This document shows positions 30,618-40,214 of a stretch of DNA of 64,000 nucleotides, piece after piece. The notes beneath the pieces are model-generated. The model did not search any database and was not told where the DNA came from. It worked only from the letters and a program-made list of their open reading frames with translations. A program made the translations under genes and the position numbers. The first letter of the stretch is position 1; the number at the start of each line of letters is the position of its first letter. This stretch comes from an uncultured delta proteobacterium. GTDB taxonomy: Bacteria; Desulfobacterota; Syntrophia; Syntrophales; UBA2185. Where the stretch lies: NCBI GenBank assembly GCA_963729715.1, contig CAVSPA010000007.1, forward strand, positions 320,001 through 384,000. Reading direction: 5' to 3'.

Positions 30618-31163
30618 TTAGTTAAATTTGACTTCGTCGTATGCCCGTTTCATGGCCGCCATGTTCTTGTTGGCGATTCTGCCGAACCTATGATCCACCG
30701 GATCTTTCACTGATTCGATTTTAACAGCATTCGTACACTTGATCAGCGCCCCAAGCATGGTCGTATTCGTAATCGGAACGCCAAGCTCCTTCCACGCAAT
30801 GGATGATCCATCGACTGTGGCGATCTTACCCTTGAACTTCGTGATTTCAGCAATTTCTTTTGCTTTTTTTGCTGTGTTAACAATGAGTACACCTTCTGGT
30901 TTCAGTCCTTCGGCAACATTAACCATGCCGATGAGACTCTCATCAAGGACAACCACTACATCCGGATTGTAAATCTGAGATCTGACCTTTATGTGGTGAT
31001 CATCAATCCGGTTGAATGCTGCAACTGGCGCCCCTCTTCTCTCAGGTCCGAAACTCGGAAAACCTTGAGCATACTTACCTTCTCCGATGGCGGTCAATGC
31101 AAGTAATTCAACTGACGTTACCGCTCCCTGACCACCTCTTCCATGCCATCTGACTTCTATCAT
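30618..31163 (-). CDS. porC: 2-oxoacid:ferredoxin oxidoreductase gamma subunit
   Basis: EVRWHGRGGQG.VT, FGPERRGAPV, NT.MLGA. Confidence 0.95.
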   Translation of the reverse strand: MIEVRWHGRGGQGAVTSVELLALTAIGEGKYAQGFPSFGPERRGAPVAAFNRIDDHHIKVRSQIYNPDVVVVLDESLIGMVNVAEGLKPEGVLIVNTAKKAKEIAEITKFKGKIATVDGSSIAWKELGVPITNTTMLGALIKCTNAVKIESVKDPVDHRFGRIANKNMAAMKRAYDEVKFN

Positions 31164-31317
31164 TGGAAAATCTCCCAGATTGGATTGATGTAGAAATTGT
31201 TAAAGAAGATGAACTAACGTTGAACAGAAATGACGTCCGGCTACCTATTACAAAATTCCCTCCCTGTCAAGTATTTTTTTGTCAATTATTTATTTGCTGA
31301 ATTTCTGATAAAGGTTT

Positions 31318-31917
31318 TCAGAGACCTCTGCGGTATTCCATTGACTTAGACAGCGTCATCCTGTCCATGTACTTAAGATCACCGCCGACGGGCACGCCGA
31401 GGGCGATCCTGGTTACCCTGATGCCCAGAGGCCTGACGGATTTGTTAATGAGAAGGGCAGTTGCTTCACCTTGGACGCTTGGATTTGTGGCCACAATTAT
31501 CTCTTCGGCCCCATTCTCCGCTATCCTTGTCAAAAGTTCCCGTAATTTCAAATGATCCGGTCCGATACCGTCCAGCGGCGAGAGTGCTCCATGAAGGACA
31601 TGATAGGTTCCTCTGAAGCTCCCGCTTTCTTCTATGGCAATGAGAGAGTCAGGCTCTTCGACAACACATATGAGATTCTTATCTCGCGATGGGTCCATGC
31701 ATATTTCACAGAGCCGTCCCTCGGCAAGATTGAAGCACACGGAGCAGAAGCGTATCTTCTGCTTTACCTCTAATATGCTCTGTGCAAGTCTTCTCGCATC
31801 TTCCTCGGATGCACGCAGGATAAATGTGGCCAACCGCGTGGCTGTCTTTTCCCCTATGCCTGGTAATTTCCCGAGTTCTCCGATCAGACGTTTTATAGGA
31901 AGGGCGTAACCAGTCAT
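31318..31917 (-). CDS. recR: Recombination mediator RecR
   Basis: [16 protein letters not shown]...CEIC, YHVLHG.LSP, EATA, GVPVGG. Confidence 0.97.
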   Translation of the reverse strand: MTGYALPIKRLIGELGKLPGIGEKTATRLATFILRASEEDARRLAQSILEVKQKIRFCSVCFNLAEGRLCEICMDPSRDKNLICVVEEPDSLIAIEESGSFRGTYHVLHGALSPLDGIGPDHLKLRELLTRIAENGAEEIIVATNPSVQGEATALLINKSVRPLGIRVTRIALGVPVGGDLKYMDRMTLSKSMEYRRGL

Positions 31918-31928
31918 CTTGAAACCCG

Positions 31929-32243
31929 CTACATCAGCCCGGGGATATTGAACCCCCCGGTAATCTTAGACATCTCTGCCGTTGCCATTTCCTGGGCTTT
32001 ACGAATACCTTCATTAACTGCCGCCGTGATAAGGTCCTGAAGCATATCGACATCTTCCGGATTGACAACCTCTTTATCGATTTTCAGAGACAGTATCTCA
32101 AATTTTCCGTTTACCACAACGGTTACCATGCCTCCTCCGGCAGTCGCTTCCACGGTTTTGGATTCCAGCTCTGCCTGTATGCTGGCTATTTTTTCCTGCA
32201 TCTTCTTTGCCTGTTTCATGATGTTTCCAAAATTCTGTGTCAA
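31929..32243 (-). CDS. ybaB: YbaB/EbfC nucleoid-associated protein
   Basis: [25 protein letters not shown]. Confidence 0.95.
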   Translation of the reverse strand: MTQNFGNIMKQAKKMQEKIASIQAELESKTVEATAGGGMVTVVVNGKFEILSLKIDKEVVNPEDVDMLQDLITAAVNEGIRKAQEMATAEMSKITGGFNIPGLM

Positions 32244-32321
32244 TTAAATACCTCCTAATGTGGGAGCTCCAAGAACGCCCTATGCGCGATAAACATCTTC
32301 ACAAGACCCTCTTGATGTTCT

Positions 32322-34037
32322 TTATGATTTTACTGAGTCGTCATTAGTCTCTCTTGTTGTAACCTCACGCACAACAGCGCCATCAAAAACATCCAGAACC
32401 TTTTGCAGAAGCGGATGGTTGAGGGCGTCGCGTCTTGCATTATTGTTTTTGTTGTTATTTGTGACACTATTGTGATTCTTATGATAGCGGCTGTACCGCT
32501 CCGTATCCAAAGATTCGATAATGACGGTAACATCATCTCTAAAGTACGCTTTCGATATCTCCGTAAGTCGTTCCTTCTGATCCTTTTCCGTTATGTCATC
32601 CAAGAAAATATAATTCTTATGAAAGCCGATTTTGAGCCGCTTGTTTTCGTATCCGAGAAATACGCCCGGCTCAATCTTGGAAAACAGCGGGTAACTCTGT
32701 TTCTTTACAAAGGCCTTTAAGTCTTCCCAGATATCCTCCATGATTTTACCTTCGGCCGCATCATGTCCACGGTGGGCTTCGTCAACTATTCGTGACTCAG
32801 CGATCTCGGGGAGTTCCTGCTCGCGGGAAGGAACCGCGCCCGTTTCCCGTAACTCATATGAAGACGGTTTAACCTGAACAGTCCCACCTGAAGCCAACCT
32901 CTTTTCCAGGCCTTCCATGCGGGAAAGCCATTTATCGATTGCTATCATAGGTTCGAGATAGGCCATTCTGACTAGGACCGTCTCAAGGTTGATACGTGGA
33001 TTCTGACTTCTTTTCACATTTTCTTCTTCCGCCATCAATATATCCAATAGGTGGCGGATGGTCTCTTGCGAAACGCCTTCCGTCTGCACGGCGAGGTTGG
33101 CCGTTTCTTCATCTCCCAGATCAAAGAGGTCGTGATCTTTTCCAACAATCTTGGTGAGAAGTAAATTTCTGAAATGACCAATGAGCATCTGATAAAAGTA
33201 TTTCATATCAAGGCCGGCGTAATAACCTTCTTCAATGATCTTTAAGCAACGGCCGGCATTTCTTTCAAACACTGCTTTGGAAAGCCGGAAAAGAAAACGT
33301 CTGTCCGTCAGTCCCAGTATGTCCTCCACATCCTGATCCCGGATTTCGAAGCCTGCATATGATATTATCTGGTCCAGGATGCTCTGTGCGTCTCTCAGGC
33401 TCCCGTCGCCGGCTTCGGCGACCCATGTCAGGCCTTTCTCGCTTATCTGAACGCCTTCTTTTTCGGAGATTCGCCGCAGGCTGTCTTTGATTTGTTTCAG
33501 CGATATCCGTCTGAATTCAAAGCACTGGCATCGGGATAGTATGGTCGCTGGTATTTTTTGGATCTCCGTCGTGGCAAAAACAAAGATTACATGCGCCGGC
33601 GGCTCCTCGAGGGTCTTTAGAAGGGCGTTGAATGCCTCCCTGGTCAACATGTGCACTTCGTCAATTATATATAGCTTGTAGCGGGATGACAGCGGAGAGA
33701 ATTTGACATTTTCCCTAAGTTCCCTGATCTCATCTATGCCCCTGTTGGATGCACCGTCAATCTCACGGACATCCATGGCTATACCTTCCGTGATCTCCCG
33801 GCAATTGCTGCATTCATTACACGGCTCTTCTGCGGGTCCTTTTTCACAATTGAGGGCCTTGGCCAATATCCTCGCTACTGTGGTCTTCCCCACGCCGCGT
33901 GGTCCGCTAAAGATGAAGGCATGGGCTATGCGGCCCTGATGAATGGCATTCCTCAGTGTCTTCACCGCATGGTCTTGCCCCACTACCTCGTCAAAGTTTT
34001 GAGGTCTGCACTTTCTGGCTAAAACAAGGTATTCCAC
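32322..34037 (-). CDS. dnaX: DNA polymerase III subunit gamma/tau
   Basis: YLVLARK.RPQ.F, GPRGVGKTT, EIDGASN, DEVHML, SRC; GTG start at 34037 after GAGGAG. Confidence 0.97.
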   Translation of the reverse strand: MEYLVLARKCRPQNFDEVVGQDHAVKTLRNAIHQGRIAHAFIFSGPRGVGKTTVARILAKALNCEKGPAEEPCNECSNCREITEGIAMDVREIDGASNRGIDEIRELRENVKFSPLSSRYKLYIIDEVHMLTREAFNALLKTLEEPPAHVIFVFATTEIQKIPATILSRCQCFEFRRISLKQIKDSLRRISEKEGVQISEKGLTWVAEAGDGSLRDAQSILDQIISYAGFEIRDQDVEDILGLTDRRFLFRLSKAVFERNAGRCLKIIEEGYYAGLDMKYFYQMLIGHFRNLLLTKIVGKDHDLFDLGDEETANLAVQTEGVSQETIRHLLDILMAEEENVKRSQNPRINLETVLVRMAYLEPMIAIDKWLSRMEGLEKRLASGGTVQVKPSSYELRETGAVPSREQELPEIAESRIVDEAHRGHDAAEGKIMEDIWEDLKAFVKKQSYPLFSKIEPGVFLGYENKRLKIGFHKNYIFLDDITEKDQKERLTEISKAYFRDDVTVIIESLDTERYSRYHKNHNSVTNNNKNNNARRDALNHPLLQKVLDVFDGAVVREVTTRETNDDSVKS

Positions 34038-34109
34038 TCGCTGCTCCTCACACGCGGGATCACGATTAAATCTGAGACCCTTCGACGCGTTTCGTTCGCT
34101 CAAGGTCAA

Positions 34110-34217
34110 TTGAAGCTCTCCGCAGCAAACTGCGGAGAATCTTCGATCATTAAGGAATCATCACGTTCCCCGTTTATCCTGCAGCAAGCTTCCAGGATTG
34201 CGCTCGCTGCCGGATTC
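34110..34217 (-). mobile_element. Dispersed double-hairpin repeat, copy 2 (PATE-like)
   Basis: TTGAAGCTCTCCGCAGCAAACTGCGGAGAATCTTCGATC...GCGCTCGCTGCCGGATTC matches the other copies. Confidence 0.75.
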
Positions 34218-34273
34218 GACTAAGGCCTTTCCCGTGGAGGTCCCTTGGAAAAGGCCAAGTCTTTATTTATGGA

Positions 34274-34375
34274 GATAGCCAGGCTTACCCGCAGCACACG
34301 TCGGAAATTGCTACCGTTGCTTCCTTCCGGATCTGGCGGGGTTTACAACCCTTCGTTGCACGGGACCCGGCTATC
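34274..34375 (-). ncRNA. ffs: SRP RNA (4.5S, small bacterial type)
   Basis: Helix-8 CCAGATCCGGAAGGAAGCAACGG, terminal GATAGCC/GGCTATC pairing, located upstream of dnaX. Confidence 0.93.
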
Positions 34376-34382
34376 ATATTTG

Positions 34383-34480
34383 GAGGACAGGGAATAGGAA
34401 TAAGAGATGGGTTAACCTGTTTTTGATCTCTGCCGCCTAATCTGTTTCCTAGCCTCTATTCTCTGATCCCTATTCCCCAA
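34383..34480. repeat. Inverted degenerate heptamer repeats (hairpin 3' of tRNA-Ser GGA)
   Basis: Purine arm (GGGAATA-like) followed by pyrimidine arm TAGCCTC TATTCTC TGATCCC TATTCCC. Confidence 0.6.
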
Positions 34481-34483
34481 TAC

Positions 34484-34577
<94 letters not shown>

Positions 34578-34581
34578 ACAT

Positions 34582-34655
34582 TGGGGATCAGGGGTTAGGG
34601 ATAGGGGTTCAAAAAAAATTTGACTCATCCCTATTCCCTGATCTCTATTCCCTAA
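34582..34655. repeat. Inverted degenerate heptamer repeats (hairpin between the tRNAs)
   Basis: GGGATCA GGGGTTA GGGATA ... TATTCCC TGATCTC TATTCCC. Confidence 0.6.
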
Positions 34656-34658
34656 TGC

Positions 34659-34752
34659 TGGCGGAGAGAGGGGGATTCGAACCCCCGTGAGAGCTTTTGG
34701 CCCTCAAATCGATTTCGAGTCGATCCCGTTACGACCACTTCGGTATCTCTCC
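34659..34752 (-). tRNA. tRNA-Ser (CGA)
   Basis: GGAGAGAT...ATCGACT-CGA-AATCGAT, long variable arm, GTTCGAATC, encoded CCA. Confidence 0.96.
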
Positions 34753-34762
34753 GCAGGATTCA

Positions 34763-35242
34763 TTATGATCGCGAATTGGTGTTTGATGTTATCCTCTTCT
34801 CATGAAAAAATCTACTCAAAATTTCCGCGCATGCTTCCTTCTTCACGCCGCCTTCTATTTCCACAGGATGATTCAGCCTCTCATCCTGAAAGAGCCTGTA
34901 AAGGGAGACAGCGCCGCCGCTCTTGGGATCATCTGCACCAAATACGACTCTCCGTGCCCGCGCCTGTATAATTGCCCCCGCGCACATGATGCATGGTTCG
35001 AGTGTCACGTAGAGTGTGGTATCAATGAGACGGTAATTGTCGAGCTTCCTCGCCGCCTCACGGATAGCAAGAACCTCTGCGTGAGCGGAAGGATCATTCA
35101 TCGAAATACATCTGTTGCGCGCCGCTGATAATATCTCGCCTCTAAGGGTGATCACCGCGCCCACAGGAACCTCCCCTTCCCGAAAAGCCAGGGAGGCTTG
35201 CTCAAGAGCGAGGGTCATAAATTTTTCATCCATAGAATCCAT
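34763..35242 (-). CDS. tadA: tRNA adenosine(34) deaminase
   Basis: GEVPVGA, DPSAHAE, TLEPC.MC.GA, LNH, FF...R. Confidence 0.95.
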   Translation of the reverse strand: MDSMDEKFMTLALEQASLAFREGEVPVGAVITLRGEILSAARNRCISMNDPSAHAEVLAIREAARKLDNYRLIDTTLYVTLEPCIMCAGAIIQARARRVVFGADDPKSGGAVSLYRLFQDERLNHPVEIEGGVKKEACAEILSRFFHEKRITSNTNSRS

Positions 35243-35350
35243 GAATCACCTATTGTGACAGGGTCATGCAAGACACATCCTGCGCCTTAACAAATTGTTG
35301 ATTTTTATATGCTCATTGACGTATTATCCGCATAAGAAAAGGTCGCCGCG

Positions 35351-35905
35351 ATGACGTCAAAAAAAATATTGATCATATCCATACTGATATCCCTTGCCAG
35401 TCACGTGGCCATGCTGTGTGCCACAGGCTTTATAGACTTTCGCGGGAAAGCCCGCAAGGAAGATGTCTTAATCGTCACCTTGAAAGAACCGACAGCAGTC
35501 AAAGACAAAATCACACAACAAGAGGCCGACAAGCCCGTCCATCAGGTCGAAGAACAAGTCAACAGCCGACGCGTGAAAAGAGAAGAGACCGTAGACCTCG
35601 GCAGCATTGACATCAAATATTCATTTTACCTTAAAAGGATAAAGAAAAAAATCGAAGACAGATGGATATACCCTCAGGCTGCCTTTGACCGAGAGGAAGA
35701 AGGGGTCGCCGTCGTTAAATTTTCCATAGGCGAAGGCGGAGACATTACTTCGAGCAGGATCCTCGAATCATCAGGATACAATTACCTCGACGAGGGAGCT
35801 CTTGATGTCGTCAGATCTGCCGCCCCCTATGACCCCCTGCCGCGTGAGTTCAATATTTCACAATTGAACATTGTGGCGAGATTCCAGTACAAGATCGTCG
35901 AATAG
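35351..35905 (+). CDS. TonB/TolA C-terminal domain protein
   Basis: N-terminal TM with S...H, W.YP..A....EG...V.F.I...G, SSG...LD..A. Confidence 0.8.
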   Translation: MTSKKILIISILISLASHVAMLCATGFIDFRGKARKEDVLIVTLKEPTAVKDKITQQEADKPVHQVEEQVNSRRVKREETVDLGSIDIKYSFYLKRIKKKIEDRWIYPQAAFDREEEGVAVVKFSIGEGGDITSSRILESSGYNYLDEGALDVVRSAAPYDPLPREFNISQLNIVARFQYKIVE

Positions 35906-35933
35906 AACGATGCCAGTGTCACTGACGGTGATG

Positions 35934-37541
35934 TCACACTTCAGAATTTATTTCCATCAGGACGCGGTCGAGATCGAGGAGCTGATCTCTGATCTCTGTC
36001 TGTTCCACCCACGGCTTTGATTCCAGCCCTGCCCTTCTTTCCCTGAGCTGTGCAAACCTGTTACCGATATTTTCAATTATGTAATCCCAGTCAATCGAGG
36101 GAACCGCTTTCTCCGGATACTCCACCCGCTCAAGTACACGACCAGGCTCGAGGGTAGTTTCTTCGAGATATTCAGGTATCATCACCTTGAAGCCGAATCG
36201 TTCCTTAATCAGGCCTGCAAGCACCTGCTGAGCTTCATATTCCCCGTGTACGAGGAAGACCTGCATATAACGGCTCCGAAAATGTCTCAGCCAGTCGAGA
36301 AGTTGACTTTGACCGGCATGTGCGGAAAAGCCATTTATCGTAAAGATCTTGGCCTTTACGGCGATATCCTCATTAAAGAGACGAATCTTCTTTGCGCCAT
36401 CCACGATCTTACGACCCGTCGTTCCCTGGGCCTGAAAGCCGACAAACACAATACTGGCACCTTCCCGCCATATGTTATGCCGCAGATGGTGTTTTATCCT
36501 CCCTGCGTCGGCCATGCCGCTTGCGGAAATGACGATCGCCGGTCCTGAGATATTGTTGATTGCCATAGATTCCTCTGTCGTAGGAGTGAAATGTAATTGC
36601 GGCAGATTCAAGGGATCATCCCCTTTCTTTATCAGCGCCCTGGTGTCATCATCCAGGTAAGCCGCGTGGTGACGGAAGATCTCCGTGGCCTGGATGGCCA
36701 AGGGGCTATCCAGATAGACGGGCATATCATGGGGAAGTCTTCCATCCTTGGAGAGAAGATACAGACAATACATCATCTCCTGGGTTCTCTCCACGGCGAA
36801 GGCAGGGATAATTACTTTCTCTCTGTTGCCGTAACTATAGGCTATGGCCTCAGCCAGTTCGTTCAGGCTGTCATCCTCGTTCTTATGATTGCGATCACCG
36901 TATGTTGACTCCAGGAAGAGGAAATCCGCGGTATCGACAACACTCGGATCTTCCATGAGCAGTTGGGCGGGTCGGCCTATATCACCGGAAAAGACGAGCT
37001 TGACGGTCGCGCCGTTTTCTTCCAGCATAAGTTCGATGAGCGAAGCGCCCAGGATGTGGCCTGCATCTTTGAAAGTCACCTTGAGGCCGCCCATGGGTTC
37101 GAAAACCTCGCCATACGAAACCACATTAAACATCGGAAACACCGCTTCCGCGTCTTTCTGTGTATATAAAGGCTTGATTTTTTCTTCTCCTCGGCGGAGA
37201 TGCTTCTTGCTTTTCCACTGCGCTTCCATCTCCTGAATATGGGCGCTGTCGAGAAGCAATATTTTCAGCAAATCCCTCGTTGGCGGCGTGGTATAGATCT
37301 TTCCGTTAAATCCCTTCTTGACAATCCGCGGCAGAAGACCGGAATGGTCTATGTGCGCATGCGTGATGAGAAAAAATTCTATGTCCGCGGGTTGATAAAT
37401 ATCAACATCCCAGTTCCTTTTCTCTATTTCGGCATTGCCCTGATGCATCCCGCAGTCAACAGCAAATCTATGGCCCTTCGTTTCAATAATGTAGCAGGAA
37501 CCGGTTACCGTTCTTGCCGCGCCCATGAATTTTATTTTCAT
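35934..37541 (-). CDS. MBL-fold beta-CASP ribonuclease family protein
   Basis: GAA.TVTGS, THAHIDHSG, AGHILG, ESTYG.R, FSAHA, VHGE. Confidence 0.92.
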   Translation of the reverse strand: MKIKFMGAARTVTGSCYIIETKGHRFAVDCGMHQGNAEIEKRNWDVDIYQPADIEFFLITHAHIDHSGLLPRIVKKGFNGKIYTTPPTRDLLKILLLDSAHIQEMEAQWKSKKHLRRGEEKIKPLYTQKDAEAVFPMFNVVSYGEVFEPMGGLKVTFKDAGHILGASLIELMLEENGATVKLVFSGDIGRPAQLLMEDPSVVDTADFLFLESTYGDRNHKNEDDSLNELAEAIAYSYGNREKVIIPAFAVERTQEMMYCLYLLSKDGRLPHDMPVYLDSPLAIQATEIFRHHAAYLDDDTRALIKKGDDPLNLPQLHFTPTTEESMAINNISGPAIVISASGMADAGRIKHHLRHNIWREGASIVFVGFQAQGTTGRKIVDGAKKIRLFNEDIAVKAKIFTINGFSAHAGQSQLLDWLRHFRSRYMQVFLVHGEYEAQQVLAGLIKERFGFKVMIPEYLEETTLEPGRVLERVEYPEKAVPSIDWDYIIENIGNRFAQLRERRAGLESKPWVEQTEIRDQLLDLDRVLMEINSEV

Positions 37542-37598
37542 AAACATGATCCTCAAAAATTTCCCACAATTTCCAACAACTGATGCGATTGTGACTTT

Positions 37599-38168
37599 CT
37601 ACAATAGAATCAGTCCCGTCCACGTCACCTTGTTCTTAACAGGGAAGGTTAGGGGCAGACCTGCCTTTTCCGCAGTAGCTATAACATCGATTCCCATGGC
37701 CTCCATGGAAGGCCTCGCTTTGAAGGGAAACCGGCACGCCGTGCCGCCCTGTGCCGCCACACATTCGTCGCACAGCCGGCAACAGCCTCCGATAAACCCG
37801 GCGGCAAAACGAAAACCAGCGGCAAATGCCTCTCTCTCACCCAAATTAACCAACTCGTGAAGTTTTCTCGCAGGAAAAAACACCTCTTCCCGAGGGGCGT
37901 TCACGTATGTTTCGTGGAGAAGGGCGTAAATCTGGATGAGGATGACTTGCTTATAGTTCGTAATGGCCTCGCGAAATTCCGCGACAGACGGTACATAGGG
38001 GGGACACACGAGGTTCTTGTTATACGCGTCACACACGGGCACACGACACTTCAGGCGAACCCTTTCGTCAACGACGATGTCAGCGATATTTGCCAGCACC
38101 ACGGCCGAAGCGCCTCGTTCCTTGAGAAGCGAGATTATGTTATCAAGAACCTTCTTGTGTTTCTGCAT
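37599..38168 (-). CDS. DUF2284 family Cys-rich metal-binding protein
   Basis: KC.VP.C..Y.....CPP, GCCRLCDEC......C, RPSMEAMGIDV. Confidence 0.85.
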   Translation of the reverse strand: MQKHKKVLDNIISLLKERGASAVVLANIADIVVDERVRLKCRVPVCDAYNKNLVCPPYVPSVAEFREAITNYKQVILIQIYALLHETYVNAPREEVFFPARKLHELVNLGEREAFAAGFRFAAGFIGGCCRLCDECVAAQGGTACRFPFKARPSMEAMGIDVIATAEKAGLPLTFPVKNKVTWTGLILL

Positions 38169-38174
38169 TGGCGT

Positions 38175-39368
38175 CTATCCCTGGGTGACGTCGACGACAT
38201 AGCTGGCATTGGTCAGCCTCTGACTTCCTTTGTCCGTGACGGCGAATGTATCTTCAACGCCGACAACCCCTTCCCCCGGAAAGTTAAACTTCGGTTCGAT
38301 GGCGATGACCATGCCGGGGGCGAGGAGCGCTTTTCCTCCTTTTGCGATCACCGGGTACTCGTCCAACTCCAAACCTACTCCATGTCCGCAGAATCCCAAG
38401 CGCCGATTTCCATAACCGAGGAAATGTTCAGCGAGATGATAAGATTCGGCCATGCGCTGTGCCTCTGAAAACAGCTCGCCAACTGCGACACCGGGCTGGA
38501 TCATCTTCCTCAATCCATAGTGGATCTCCAGGGACACCTTGTAGGCATCGTCCAATTTATTGGGGAGGGGCCCGAGGCACAGTGTGCGCGTCTGATCCAC
38601 GCAGTACCCATACATAGTTGCCCCGAGATCAGAAATGACCGGCTCCTGCCTCCTGATAGGTCTCCATCCCGAACCTTGCGGGAAGGCGTTGTAGAGCCCA
38701 TGTCCGCCGGTTGTGCTGTCCATGAAGGTCAGATCGGCCGCGTCAGGTCCGGATATTAGATGACCCCAGTAAACCTCCTGATTGAACGCCCTCGTACGGA
38801 CATAACCCTGGTGGCCGCGCGTTCTGGCCGCCGCCTCAATCGTGGCAGCAAGCTCTATCTCAGTCAGCCCTTCCTTAAGATTATTCCGGCAAGTTGTGAC
38901 CATGAAGTCTGAAAGGCGCGCCACCTCTTTCATGAGCCCTGTCTCATGGTCTGATTTCACGGCCCTGACGGCCTGAATGGAAGGCCAGACGTCAACGATT
39001 TCAGCCGGCTTTATAATATCCAGATACCGAAGATAAAGGCCGACCGGCAACACATCAAGCTCCATCCCGAGCTTTCTTATTTGCGAATAGCCATGGTGAG
39101 CGAGCTGTCCCGGCAATTCTCTGAGGCTTCCCATAGGTATGATGTTATCAAGCTCGCACTCATCCTTGATTTGGTCTGCGTTCCTGCGCACAAAAAGCAG
39201 AGGCTCCCCGGAAGAGGGTATAAACAGATACCCCTGCGGCACGGTTCCTGTGAAATAGAAAAGGTCCGCATTTTGAACGATCAGGGCGCCGTTTACGTCC
39301 CCTGATTCCATGCGTCTCTGGAGCGCTCTGATACGCCCGTTTAGCTCTTCCTTGGGGGTTTTCTTCAT
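38175..39368 (-). CDS. M24 family (Xaa-Pro) peptidase
   Basis: D.G....GY..D.TRT, GHGVGLE, EP, GVED metal ligands; creatinase-like N-terminal domain. Confidence 0.9.
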   Translation of the reverse strand: MKKTPKEELNGRIRALQRRMESGDVNGALIVQNADLFYFTGTVPQGYLFIPSSGEPLLFVRRNADQIKDECELDNIIPMGSLRELPGQLAHHGYSQIRKLGMELDVLPVGLYLRYLDIIKPAEIVDVWPSIQAVRAVKSDHETGLMKEVARLSDFMVTTCRNNLKEGLTEIELAATIEAAARTRGHQGYVRTRAFNQEVYWGHLISGPDAADLTFMDSTTGGHGLYNAFPQGSGWRPIRRQEPVISDLGATMYGYCVDQTRTLCLGPLPNKLDDAYKVSLEIHYGLRKMIQPGVAVGELFSEAQRMAESYHLAEHFLGYGNRRLGFCGHGVGLELDEYPVIAKGGKALLAPGMVIAIEPKFNFPGEGVVGVEDTFAVTDKGSQRLTNASYVVDVTQG

Positions 39369-39410
39369 GAGCCTCCCTCTCCGAGTTCCCTGCAATTCCG
39401 TCTTCCCAAG

Positions 39411-39965
39411 CTAATATTCTATACCGGCCCTTTCCTTCAATCCCATCGAGTAATGATGTTTAATCTCATTTACCTCGCTGACGGTATCGGCAATCTCGAT
39501 AATTTCCGGAGGGGCATATCTTCCCGTCATGACCACGTCCACGTTCGTCGCCCTCTCTTTTATCATTTCGACAACGTCCTTTACGGAGACCAATCCAAAG
39601 TCAAGGGCAATATTTATTTCATCCAGGATAACCATGTTATATTCGCCGGAAGACAGAGATTTTCTGGCAAGGTTCAACCCCTGTTGCGCCAGATCGATAT
39701 CAACGGGAGCCGGGTTTCCTCTCATCACAAAACTGTCGAGACCGCATGGGCAAATGGTTATCGCGGGAAGAAATTTCTCGCAAGCTATCACCTCGCCATA
39801 TTTTTTCCCCTTCATGAATTGAATTACCAGCACCTTCAGCCCGTGCCCCACTGCCCGCAGCGCCTGCCCCATAGCGGCCGTTGTCTTTCCCTTGCCGTTC
39901 CCCGTATAGACGAAAACCAGCCCTCTGTTATATTTCGCCAGTGTTTCCTCCAGTAAGCCGGACAT
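39411..39965 (-). CDS. cobO: Cob(I)yrinic acid a,c-diamide adenosyltransferase (CobO/BtuR)
   Basis: YTGNGKGKTTAA.G..LRA.G, QFMKG, LDE, TGR, GIEY. Confidence 0.93.
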   Translation of the reverse strand: MSGLLEETLAKYNRGLVFVYTGNGKGKTTAAMGQALRAVGHGLKVLVIQFMKGKKYGEVIACEKFLPAITICPCGLDSFVMRGNPAPVDIDLAQQGLNLARKSLSSGEYNMVILDEINIALDFGLVSVKDVVEMIKERATNVDVVMTGRYAPPEIIEIADTVSEVNEIKHHYSMGLKERAGIEY

Positions 39966-40005
39966 CTTAATTTTCCTCCTGCCTTGTGACCTACGTCTAT
40001 GACTG

Positions 40006-40053
40006 TATTCGGTAGCGAGCGCATTCCCCGCGGCTTGCTGCGGAGAGCTTCAA
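40006..40053 (+). mobile_element. Dispersed repeat, copy 3 (internally deleted single-hairpin form)
   Basis: TATTCGGTAGCGAGCGCATTCCCCGCGGCTTGCTGCGGAGAGCTTCAA: left flank joined directly to right hairpin. Confidence 0.7.
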
Positions 40054-40214
40054 TGGTTTTTCGCTAAATTATGTTTTAAGAAGAATACTTATTTGATATA
40101 ACATATTAAAGATAGTCGGATAAGTAGCATATTCAGAAGATTCTGACAATTCATTTAAAGGACAAACACAAACGCATATTGATCAAATAAGCTCATAGGA
40201 AAACGGATTACCTT

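Noticed and set aside
32322..34037. Programmed -1 frameshift in dnaX
   Set aside because: I did not spot an A AAA AAG slippery site by eye; the search was not exhaustive
34038..34109. Extended dnaX N-terminus from 34109 as in the ORF track
   Set aside because: The extension runs through repeat sequence; the GTG at 34037 has an RBS and matches the conserved start
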